From the NCBI GenBank assembly GCA_965207075.1, contig CBDBLO010000002.1:1120001-1184000 (forward strand): 64,000 nt of DNA, in the 5' to 3' direction. Below are positions 54,429 to 62,729 of the stretch, one piece after another. The notes beneath the pieces are model-generated. The model was not told the DNA's origin, searched no databases, and saw only the letters and a program-made list of their open reading frames with translations. Positions within the stretch are counted from its first letter, which is position 1. Each line of letters starts with the position of its first letter. This DNA comes from Nitrosopumilus sp. Lineage in GTDB: Archaea > Thermoproteota > Nitrososphaeria > Nitrososphaerales > Nitrosopumilaceae. A program made the translations under genes and the position numbers.

Positions 54429-54938
54429 TCAGCACCGCGCGAACTCGTACAGGCTGCCGCCCGCACCCTTGGCCGGCCCGACCTCCCGTATGAGAAACAC
54501 GGCGGTCCGCCTGCCAGTCAGCCTGCTCGTGACGATGACGGCCCCACCCGCCCTGCCCGATTCCCCGCGTACGAGCCACATGTGGGCCGCCGCCGGGCCG
54601 CCGCCCTGGTCCTCGTTGGGGTGCCAGCGGAAGTCGTTCGGATCCTGCATGGCGGATCCGGCATCGTCGTCGTCATACCCCCCGTGTATGATCCCCACGC
54701 GTTCGGCTATGCGGAACTTGCAGTACGTCACCTCCTCGCCCAGCCGCACGCGCGTGATGCGGCCGCTCTTCTTGGACAGCACGTCGACGGTCTCGTGCTC
54801 CCACGCGCCCTGCTCCGGCGAGCCCAGAACGAACCACTCGTCGTCATCTGCACTGACACCGGCCTGGGCCGCCTCCTCGGCGTCCAGCTTGGTCCACCTG
54901 CACAGGTACGGGTCGTCGTACAGGTCGGCGGCCGACAT
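54429..54938 (-). CDS. Hypothetical acidic protein
   Basis: Directly downstream of the primase-helicase. Confidence 0.55.
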   Translation of the reverse strand: MSAADLYDDPYLCRWTKLDAEEAAQAGVSADDDEWFVLGSPEQGAWEHETVDVLSKKSGRITRVRLGEEVTYCKFRIAERVGIIHGGYDDDDAGSAMQDPNDFRWHPNEDQGGGPAAAHMWLVRGESGRAGGAVIVTSRLTGRRTAVFLIREVGPAKGAGGSLYEFARC

Positions 54939-54950
54939 CGTACCGCCCCG

Positions 54951-57263
54951 CTAGGAGGGTGGCTTGTCCCCCAGCGCCGCCTGCCCCTCCGGCCTGAGTT
55001 CTGACCGCGCCGTCAGCCCCTTCCACACCCTCACGTTCTCGCCGTTCACCCTAGAGGGCGCGGCCTTCTTCCCGTCGAGCAGGTCGCTCACCCTCGCGTG
55101 GAACTCGTTCTTTGCCAGCGGCGTCATGCCGTGGTCCGCGCACGCGGTCTGGTACAGCGAGTACAGCCTATTCGTCTCAATCTGGTACTCCTTGTCCTTG
55201 CCGTCCCTGCCCAGCACCAAATATTCCTCGCGGAACAAAAAGAACGAGTCGGAGCGCCGCATCCACATGTTCTGCGTCGTCTCCACGCTGTCCTCGTATT
55301 CAGGCTGCCCGTCCTCCAGCAAAAACCGGCGCATGATGGGCACCAGCCGGTTAAACAGCCCCGCCCGCTCCGCCGGGTCGCCGGCCAGCTTGGCGATCTC
55401 CGGGTTGTCCCGGCGGTCGAACTTGTTATGCCATGGGATCAGCTGGATCTTCCGGGCAAAGCCGTCGCTGCTGTCCAGCACCGGCGGTAATTCATTGAAA
55501 GTGAATACTAATGTGCTGTACGGCTTGAACACGAACGATTTCTTGTACTTGGGCTCGCACGTGATGGAATCGCCGCCCAGTATGGCCTTGATCAGGCCGG
55601 TCTTCACCAGCGGCTGCGTGCCCCCGTCTGACGATATGTTGGCTGACTTGCAGTACAACGTGTCGCCCACGAAGCGCGACTCCTCAAAGGCCTGCATCTC
55701 CACGCTGGCCGTGTTCTGCGTGCCGATCATCTCCCGCAACACGGCCAGGCAAGTGGACTTGCCGTTTGATCCCTTGCCGTAGTGCACGTACCCCTTTTGT
55801 ATGACGTTGCGGCGCAGCATGCACAGGGCGAACATGTCCAGTATGATGGAGTGGTATTTCTCGTCATCATCTCCGAACCACCCGTCCATCGCCTCGACAA
55901 ACACCGGGCACTCGACCGTCGCGTCGTATGTAATGGGGTGGCGGATTGTGGCCATGTGCTCCGGCGAGTGCTCCACCAGCTCGCAGCGCTCCAGGTCAAA
56001 CGTGCCGTTTGCCAGTACGATCTTTGTGGCGTCGCGGTCGAACACGTCCTCGTCCGTCCCGTCCGGCACGATGGTCGTGCGTATCCTCACCAGTTCCTCT
56101 ATTTCGCGTATCTGTGCCGGCGTTATCCGTCGGTCGCGCCACCTGTGTTCGCAGGACTTGCGCAGCCGGTGCTCGCCGCCCTGCACCCATATGCCGCCGG
56201 TATAGTAGTACAGCGCCCCTGATGGGTGCCCCTTGTACTGCGTCTCATGCATGATGGTGTCCGCGCACTGGTGCATGTCCAGCGCGTTGCGCCCGCGGCG
56301 CCCCCCGCCGACCTGCGGCGCGCCGCCGTCCGGGACCGCCCCGCCCCCGCCCGCCGGGGATCCCTGCTGGTACTGCTGCTGACTCCCGGCATCGATCTCG
56401 TCCTTGTGCTCTTGGAAGAAGTGCTCCGACGCACGTATGTTGTATACTATTTCTCTCTCGGACAGCGGCGGTTGGCACGTGGCGTTGACGCGCCTGACCT
56501 CGCGCTCGGCATCCTCCTCGGTGCTTCCGTACATGCGCTTCTTGACGTACAGCGAGTTCTGTTTTCGCCGCCGCTCGCCCGGACCGAAACCGCCCCTGAG
56601 CAAGTCGTCGAACTCGTACTTGGGCGGGCCGCCTGGGACGTACCTGTTTGCCCCACTGCTCCTCATATCGGACCTCATCTCCTCGCGGTCCTGCGGACTG
56701 AAGAAGCCGTGCGAGCGCAACACCCTTGCGGCATTCGTCCAGTTTATGCCGACGTTCGGACTGTCCGTAGCAAAGAGGTATTCATACCGGCCCAAGTGCT
56801 TGTCCGGGTGCACGGATGGAGGAAGCAGCGTGTACCCGCGCGACTTTATGTCGATCTGCCGCCCGTGGCGGTCCGAGTACTTGGGGTCGCCCGGCGGCTC
56901 GTCCGTAGGGTCGCGTCGAAATATGATGTGGTGCCCCTGCTTTGGTGTCTTTACAACGCACATCTTCGGGGTGCTCGACTCGTAGTCCTTCAGCAGATCG
57001 GGTAGTATGCTCTGGTCGTCGCAGTCCATCGCCCATGTGCCTCCGACACCCCCATGGAGCATGGCAATGCTATCGCCCTCAAGGATCTCCGCGTCGCACC
57101 CGTCGGTGCGCCACCGCAAGACATCACCCTCGCCGGCGCGCGGCATCTTGGTGCCAGGCCTTATCGGTATGACGTTGAAGCCCAGCGCGCGCAACCGGGC
57201 GGCCTCAGCGGGCGCGGACAATGCGGGCGGCCTTGCCTCCGCGTGGCCGCCTTCGCCTGACAT
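54951..57263 (-). CDS. Bifunctional Prim-Pol primase plus PriCT plus D5-like SF3 helicase (replication protein)
   Basis: GFNVIPI..GTK.P, MDCD, KTP..GHH, IDIK..GY..LPPS.H, N..CQPPL..E, ANGTFDL, GKGSNGKST, FTFNELP. Confidence 0.92.
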   Translation of the reverse strand: MSGEGGHAEARPPALSAPAEAARLRALGFNVIPIRPGTKMPRAGEGDVLRWRTDGCDAEILEGDSIAMLHGGVGGTWAMDCDDQSILPDLLKDYESSTPKMCVVKTPKQGHHIIFRRDPTDEPPGDPKYSDRHGRQIDIKSRGYTLLPPSVHPDKHLGRYEYLFATDSPNVGINWTNAARVLRSHGFFSPQDREEMRSDMRSSGANRYVPGGPPKYEFDDLLRGGFGPGERRRKQNSLYVKKRMYGSTEEDAEREVRRVNATCQPPLSEREIVYNIRASEHFFQEHKDEIDAGSQQQYQQGSPAGGGGAVPDGGAPQVGGGRRGRNALDMHQCADTIMHETQYKGHPSGALYYYTGGIWVQGGEHRLRKSCEHRWRDRRITPAQIREIEELVRIRTTIVPDGTDEDVFDRDATKIVLANGTFDLERCELVEHSPEHMATIRHPITYDATVECPVFVEAMDGWFGDDDEKYHSIILDMFALCMLRRNVIQKGYVHYGKGSNGKSTCLAVLREMIGTQNTASVEMQAFEESRFVGDTLYCKSANISSDGGTQPLVKTGLIKAILGGDSITCEPKYKKSFVFKPYSTLVFTFNELPPVLDSSDGFARKIQLIPWHNKFDRRDNPEIAKLAGDPAERAGLFNRLVPIMRRFLLEDGQPEYEDSVETTQNMWMRRSDSFFLFREEYLVLGRDGKDKEYQIETNRLYSLYQTACADHGMTPLAKNEFHARVSDLLDGKKAAPSRVNGENVRVWKGLTARSELRPEGQAALGDKPPS

Positions 57264-57346
57264 GCTCACGCGCACACCCCCGCCATCGCGGCCATGGACG
57301 TGGGTGCGGGTGTCACTGTCACGTCCACAACATCACCCCAAGCACG

Positions 57347-57691
57347 TCAGGAAGCGGTTCCCGCCGGCACGGGCTGCAGCCCGCCGTCAGGTGAATCGTC
57401 TGCCGCCGCCGCGCCCTCCCGTCCCGGCGCGGCAATGCTACCACTATCGCTCATTTCCGCATGAGTACCGGGCGTGTCATAAAAGGCGCCGGCCGCGCGA
57501 CGCAGCCGGCCCCTGATACCGCGCCTGGCAAAGCGCACACGCTGCCTGCAGCAGGGGCACCTGCCCGTGGACGCCGCGGCGGCGGGGGACATCCACACGC
57601 TGCACGTGTTGCAGCGGCAGCGCTCGTCGTACGCCTGGCCGCTGGCGGGCCGGCGCACTACCAGCCTGGAGCATATCCCGCGGCAGCCCAT
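57347..57691 (-). CDS. Cys-rich protein, paralogue of 12343
   Basis: MGCRGIC...RCNTC..W...CPCC..RVR. Confidence 0.7.
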   Translation of the reverse strand: MGCRGICSRLVVRRPASGQAYDERCRCNTCSVWMSPAAAASTGRCPCCRQRVRFARRGIRGRLRRAAGAFYDTPGTHAEMSDSGSIAAPGREGAAAADDSPDGGLQPVPAGTAS

Positions 57692-57957
57692 CAGGACACC
57701 GCCCCCCGTTGACGTCTGGTCCTGGACGCGGTGGGTGATAGAGGTATGGGCACCCGCCTCAGCGGCGTGCTGCCGCGACTCCCGCCGCTACCCCTGTTAG
57801 CCCGCGCGCTGCGCCTGAGCGGCATGGCGCAGCAGGGGCAGTGCACACGGTCAAGTCCGAACCACGTGGAGCACGTGCGGCAGTAGCCGAAGCCCAGGGA
57901 ATACATGGCGCCGAACCTCTTTGGCACGGCATGCCGCGCGCAGGTCCCTAGGCACAT
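57691..57957 (-). CDS. Cys-rich protein, paralogue of 12343
   Basis: MCLGTC...YCRTC..W...CPCC..PLR. Confidence 0.7.
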   Translation of the reverse strand: MCLGTCARHAVPKRFGAMYSLGFGYCRTCSTWFGLDRVHCPCCAMPLRRSARANRGSGGSRGSTPLRRVPIPLSPTASRTRRQRGAVS

Positions 57958-58161
57958 CCTCAGCGGCCGTCCCCTCCGTCACGGTTATGGCGCGTGCTCC
58001 CGTCGTAGTGGGCCGCGCGCCCGTCGTATATGACGCGGTCAAACCTCCCGGCCGCCCAGTACGCGCCCATGGCAGTCAGTAAAAACAGAAAATGAAAGAA
58101 GAAAAGAAATGGGTGCATGGATGTCCTCCGTGAAAAAAAGACGAACATCCAAACACCTCGG

Positions 58162-58665
58162 TTATACCGGCGCTGTTGCCGGTGCTGCTGCTGGAGCTGG
58201 GGGCTGTGCCTGCGGCTGTGGAGCCGGTGCCTGCGGCTGTGGAGCCGGTGCCTGCGGCTGTGGAGCCGGTGCCTGCGGCTGTGGAGCCGGTGCCTGCGGC
58301 GGTGCCTGCGGCGGTGCCTGGGCCTGTGGCGCCACATACTTCGTCCTCACGGGATCGACTGTGACGTGCTGGTACTCGCCCTCGCCCGCCAGCGTGATCT
58401 CGACGCTCTGTCCGACCCACAGCGACGTTTCGTACCCGAATATGTCAAGAAGCGCGTTGCGCGTCTTGTTATTCATCGTCCACTTGTACGGGTCGTTTGG
58501 GCCCTGTCCGACATATGAAATGCCAAAGACCGGCTTCTGGACCAGTTCACCCTTCTGCTCGTACTCTTGCATTGTGCCTTCATCGACTATCCTAACGGTT
58601 GTCAGACTGCGCTTTTTCACGAACGATGCCTTCAGGTAATCCCCCTCTGCCTTGTCAAGCTGCAT
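58162..58665 (-). CDS. Putative phage-type ssDNA-binding (OB-like) protein with PQAPAPQ tail
   Basis: YLKA...K.V...MNNK....L...G.ET..W.G..V.I pattern; perfect GGAGGTGA SD before ATG 58665; upstream of the primase. Confidence 0.55.
   Translation of the reverse strand: MQLDKAEGDYLKASFVKKRSLTTVRIVDEGTMQEYEQKGELVQKPVFGISYVGQGPNDPYKWTMNNKTRNALLDIFGYETSLWVGQSVEITLAGEGEYQHVTVDPVRTKYVAPQAQAPPQAPPQAPAPQPQAPAPQPQAPAPQPQAPAPQPQAQPPAPAAAPATAPV
58209..58300. repeat. 21-bp tandem repeat (QAPAPQP) about 4 copies
   Basis: cctgcggctgtggagccggtg repeated. Confidence 0.9.
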
Positions 58666-58824
58666 ATTGCCATTCACCTCCTCTTGCTTTTCGATACAAG
58701 CGAAATTGTCCAGCGACTCCAACGGGTCCGGCTTCGGCCGCAGGCCGCATCTCGGACACACCGTACCCCGTACCCCGCGGTGGTCCTCCGCCGAGCACGG
58801 TCCGTCCATCGGTCATCACTCCTG

Positions 58825-59010
58825 TCAGCAACGGGGCTTCTCCCCCACGTCCCTTTCGAGCTTCTCGCGCACGGCCCTGTCGACGAACTGCGCGCTGCTC
58901 CTTATCTCCGGATCCGTCTTGCTCATTACAAACTCCCCCACTAAACCGTACAGCGGGATGCGTATGGACACTGACGCCCATTCTCTCTTGCCCTTCCGCT
59001 TCTTACCCAT
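58825..59010 (-). CDS. Ribbon-helix-helix regulator heading the replication operon
   Basis: WASVSIRIPLY..V.......SSAQFVDRAVREKL. Confidence 0.8.
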   Translation of the reverse strand: MGKKRKGKREWASVSIRIPLYGLVGEFVMSKTDPEIRSSAQFVDRAVREKLERDVGEKPRC

Positions 59011-59043
59011 ACAGTACCCTTACAACAATTCTGATATAAAGTT

Positions 59044-59058
59044 TTACATGAATTGTAC
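59044..59058. promoter_or_regulatory. Operator-like site TTACATGAATTGTAC next to the TATA box
   Basis: 14/15 identical to 32017-32031; adjacent TTTATA on minus strand at ~59034-59040. Confidence 0.6.
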
Positions 59059-59307
59059 ATTAAATTATGATACTTGGTTTGCCGTGCCTCTAACACCGCG
59101 CGTGTCCTGTGGCGTGGCGGCTGCCGGCTGCAGCCTGTCCGCCATGCCGCGCCACGAGCCTGACGCCCACCGCGGGGGCGGACAGCTGTCCGCCGGCCCC
59201 CGGCGGCCGGAGGCACCCGTATTTGAAACGAAGACTAGAACTACGGTGCCACGTACACAATACCGGGAGGCATTTAAGCGGGGTACGCCGGCGGAGGCGG
59301 CCGCGTG

Positions 59308-59743
59308 TCATTCTGGAAACAGCAGCAGCAACGCTAGGAAGGCGGCCACGTGTATCACGAACAGCGTGATCCCTAGCAGTAGGCAGTTTTTCGCCTTGCC
59401 CGGGTCGTCTGCACGCAGCACGAAATAGGCGATCACGCCGCCCACGATGTCCAGGAATATGGGCAGCAGGTACCACCAGCGGCTGCGGGGGACGCGCCCG
59501 CTGACGACTGGTAGGTTGGGGGGCGAGGCGGCGGCGTCGGTGGACCCGTCGGGAGGAATGTAATCCGGGGGCGGAGAGGTTGCCGGCCTGGCGGGGGGCA
59601 GCCGTGCGGAGTGTCCGGTAGATGAGCCGGGGGACGTGCTGCTTCCGTCGCCGCCGCCGTCAATTCCATCACCATTGGTGTTATCAACCCCGGTGTCGTT
59701 ATCGCGCGTGTGGTCTCCGTCGCCGCCGTCCCCCGTGCTCATG
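59308..59743 (-). CDS. Small membrane protein with Pro/Gly-rich N-terminus
   Basis: RSRWWYLLPIFL.IVGGVIAYFVLR.DDP.KAKNCL, recalled as a thaumarchaeal family. Confidence 0.75.
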
Positions 59744-59815
59744 CATGCCATGATATGCTGCGAATTTAAGCGGTTGCGGACGCCCGTCTTTTAAGCGCCC
59801 CGGGGCAGTATGCCG

Positions 59816-60646
59816 ATGGCGAGCGGATCTTCGATCGAATGGACGGAGGCGACGTGGAACCCGACCACCGGCTGCACCAAGGTGTCCGAGGGGTGCGGCA
59901 ATTGCTATGCAGAAGGGCAGTCAAAGCGCCTCAAGGCCATGGGACAGAAAAAATACGCCCGGGGGTTCGAGTATGTTGAGCACGAGTCTGACATCGGGCT
60001 GCCACTGAAATGGAGGAAACCTAGGAAGATATTCGTCAACTCAATGTCAGACCTGTTCCACGAGAAATCTGCCTTTGAGTTTACCATGCAGTGCTTTCTG
60101 ACCATGCTGCGGACGCCGCAGCACACCTACCAGGTCCTGACGAAGCGCCCAAAGCGCATGGCAGAGTTCTCCGAGCTGTTCTTCAAATACTTTGGCCGCG
60201 ACATCCCGCCACACATCTGGATGGGCACGAGTATCGAATCCGCCAGATACACGCACCGCATAGACGACCTGCGCGCCGTGAGGTGCCGCACGCGCTTCAT
60301 CTCGTTTGAGCCGCTGCTCAAGTCGGTCGGCTGCGTGGACCTGTCCGACATCGACTGGGCTATCATAGGCGGCGAGTCGGGATTTAACTACAGACCGGTT
60401 GACGAAAACCACATACGCTTGTTGATTGCGGAATGCCAGCGGCAGAACGTGCCAGTGTTCTTCAAGCAGTGGGGTGGCATACGTCCCAAGTCCGGGGGCC
60501 GTACAATAGACGGCAGTACGCACGACGAATACCCGGTGGTGGAGCCTGACACCGATCCCATAGACGCCAATGAATTTGACGTGCGCAGGTTTGCCGGATT
60601 GTGCCTAGAGCACGAGGTCGAGATGCGCGCCATTGCCGCGCGATAG
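59816..60646 (+). CDS. DUF5131 / phage Gp37-Gp68 radical-SAM-like protein
   Basis: SIEWTEATWNPTTGCTKVSEGCGNCYA, FVNSMSDLFH, LTKRP, SFEPLL, WAIIGGESG, FFKQWGG. Confidence 0.93.
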   Translation: MASGSSIEWTEATWNPTTGCTKVSEGCGNCYAEGQSKRLKAMGQKKYARGFEYVEHESDIGLPLKWRKPRKIFVNSMSDLFHEKSAFEFTMQCFLTMLRTPQHTYQVLTKRPKRMAEFSELFFKYFGRDIPPHIWMGTSIESARYTHRIDDLRAVRCRTRFISFEPLLKSVGCVDLSDIDWAIIGGESGFNYRPVDENHIRLLIAECQRQNVPVFFKQWGGIRPKSGGRTIDGSTHDEYPVVEPDTDPIDANEFDVRRFAGLCLEHEVEMRAIAAR

Positions 60647-60659
60647 CCGGTGTCTTCCA

Positions 60660-61028
60660 ATGGCAGTCAGGACAAAGTCCATCTACGCCCCCGCCGAGCC
60701 GTCGGACGGTAGGCGCATACTGGTAACGCGGCACCACCCGCGCGGTGTAAAGCGGACAAAGTACGACGTGTGGGACCGGCGACTGGCACCCAGTGCCGTA
60801 CTGCTGAAGTCGTACAAGAGCGGCGATGTCGGATGGGCCGACTTTGAAAGGCGGTTGCTGCAGGAGTTGGGGACAAGCCCTGACAGCGTCAGTTCAATAC
60901 GCGAACTGCATGCGTACTCCCGGACGCATACGATCACACTGCTCTGCTACGAGCCCGCCGGCAGTCCGTGCCACCGGTACCTGCTCAAAAAAATCATAGG
61001 GGATCCCGCATTGTTGGGAAACCAATAA
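60660..61028 (+). CDS. DUF488 (YeaO-like) protein
   Basis: DG.RILV.R..PRGV, LAPS..L, W..F...EL, LLCYE...CHR. Confidence 0.88.
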   Translation: MAVRTKSIYAPAEPSDGRRILVTRHHPRGVKRTKYDVWDRRLAPSAVLLKSYKSGDVGWADFERRLLQELGTSPDSVSSIRELHAYSRTHTITLLCYEPAGSPCHRYLLKKIIGDPALLGNQ

Positions 61029-61162
61029 TTTTGATGATAATGACGGAACCTGGGCCTCGAGGACCCGTAGCCAGCATGACACTAGCGGAAACCGTGCATG
61101 TCATGGGAGGATGAATCATTTAAGATTTTCCGGATTTGGCCTTGCTGTGGGCTCGGCCGGTG

Positions 61163-61241
61163 TCCGATGTTCAACATGTTTGTAGCGCAAACCACTTGAA
61201 ATACACTTGACTTCCGATGTTCAACATGTTTGTAGCGCAAA
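61163..61241. repeat. Perfect 29-bp direct repeat x2 with 21-bp spacer
   Basis: TCCGATGTTCAACATGTTTGTAGCGCAAA at 61163-61191 and 61213-61241. Confidence 0.9.
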
Positions 61242-61317
61242 GACGTGCACTTACGACCTAATCCACAACTGTACCCCGAAGACATTGTTTTTTATACGGA
61301 CGGACTGCATGCGCCCC

Positions 61318-62280
61318 ATGCAAGACAGCCAGATGCAGCGGTACTCGCGGCAGATCATGCTCGACGACATAGGATTGGGCGGCCAGCAGCGCCTCATGGA
61401 CTCAAAGGTTACGGTAGTGGGAGCCGGCGGGCTCGGCACCCCCATACTGACGCACCTGGCAGCGATGGGCGTGGGGCATATCCGCATCGTGGACCGCGAC
61501 ATAATAGAACTTACCAACCTGCACCGCCAGACGCTGTATACGGACGACGACGTCGGAAAACCCAAGGTCGCGGCGGCGGCAGCCAGGCTGCAGCGGCTCA
61601 GTCCGGGCGCCCGCATACGCACCATGCCGGTGTCGGTAAACAGGCGGTCGGCGCCCTCGGTGGTGCGTGGGTCGGACGTGGTGATCGACGCCTTGGACTC
61701 GGTGGACGCCAGGTACGCGCTGAACGAGGCGTGCATGGACGCGGGAATACCGTTTGTCACGGGCGGGGCCGTGGGTACGGCCGGGCAGGTGTTCGTCGTG
61801 GTACCCGGAAAGACGGCGTGCTACGAGTGCGCGTTTCCCGGCATGACCGATGATGGAATGCCGTCGTGCGGCATCGAGGGCGTGAACCCCGCCATACTCA
61901 GCGTGATCGGGGGGCTGGAGGTGTCGGAGGCGGTCAGGATATTGTGCGGGAAGGAGCCGGCGACGCTGGGCAGCGTACTGCACGTCAACCTGGCGACTGA
62001 CTTTGTCAGGATGCCCGTGCGCCTGGTTGAGGAGTGCCCGACGTGCGGGAGCGGGGAGAGGCGCCCCGCGGACGACGCTAGTTACATCGTCGAGGAGCTG
62101 TGCGGCCGCAGGGGCGGCCAGCGGACGTTTGCCATATCGCCGCCGTCCGCGCGCAAGTCGGTGCACCAGGACGACAGGGTGAGCGTATCGGAGGGGGACG
62201 GCTCGGCCATAGTCACGGGGTGCACCACCGAGGACGAGGCAGTCAAGCTGTACGAACAAACCACCGCGCCGGCATCGTGA
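61318..62280 (+). CDS. ThiF/MoeB/UbaA E1-like adenylyltransferase
   Basis: RYSRQI, VVGAGGLG, VDRD.IE.TNLHRQ, DALD, CYEC, catalytic PSC..GV, CPTC; TTTTTATA ~21 nt upstream. Confidence 0.92.
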   Translation: MQDSQMQRYSRQIMLDDIGLGGQQRLMDSKVTVVGAGGLGTPILTHLAAMGVGHIRIVDRDIIELTNLHRQTLYTDDDVGKPKVAAAAARLQRLSPGARIRTMPVSVNRRSAPSVVRGSDVVIDALDSVDARYALNEACMDAGIPFVTGGAVGTAGQVFVVVPGKTACYECAFPGMTDDGMPSCGIEGVNPAILSVIGGLEVSEAVRILCGKEPATLGSVLHVNLATDFVRMPVRLVEECPTCGSGERRPADDASYIVEELCGRRGGQRTFAISPPSARKSVHQDDRVSVSEGDGSAIVTGCTTEDEAVKLYEQTTAPAS

Positions 62281-62317
62281 GAATGGTGTCTTTTATGCAT
62301 CCCGCGGCACGGCGCCC

Positions 62318-62500
62318 ATGGGGGATGAGACCTGCGACATATGCCTGCTGCACTACCCGTGCAAGCACGGCAATGATTCTATGAACAGCCCGCCCCGCGC
62401 AATGTGCACGTGCGGACACGAGAACGTAAACCACGGCAAGTCCACGCTGGTGAGCCCCGGCTGCGACAAGTGCGGGTGCGATAGGTTCCGCCCGGCGTGA
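62318..62500 (+). CDS. 60-aa Cys/His microprotein
   Basis: CDIC..H.PC.H; CTCGH...H...CDKCGC..F; TTTTAT 21 nt upstream. Confidence 0.7.
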   Translation: MGDETCDICLLHYPCKHGNDSMNSPPRAMCTCGHENVNHGKSTLVSPGCDKCGCDRFRPA

Positions 62501-62569
62501 TACGCCAGGGACGGTCGGATGAAGTCGGACTGAGTCGATTAAAGAAAGCTTTAACGTTTTTTTCACTCG

Positions 62570-62595
62570 TTAAAGAAAAACGGCTTTTTCTTTAA
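62570..62595. terminator. AT-rich perfect inverted repeat (terminator or operator)
   Basis: TTAAAGAAAAA-cggc-TTTTTCTTTAA; related TTAAAG-aaag-CTTTAA at 62539-62554. Confidence 0.5.
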
Positions 62596-62729
62596 TGTGG
62601 CGGCTGAGCGGTCAGCACGACCGCTGCACGAGTACGACACGCGTGCCGCGGGCTGAATAAAAGAGCATGGCGACCGGCCGCGGGCCAGCCGGGCCGTCAG
62701 CCTTAATACCAAAACGGCCGGTTGGTGGT

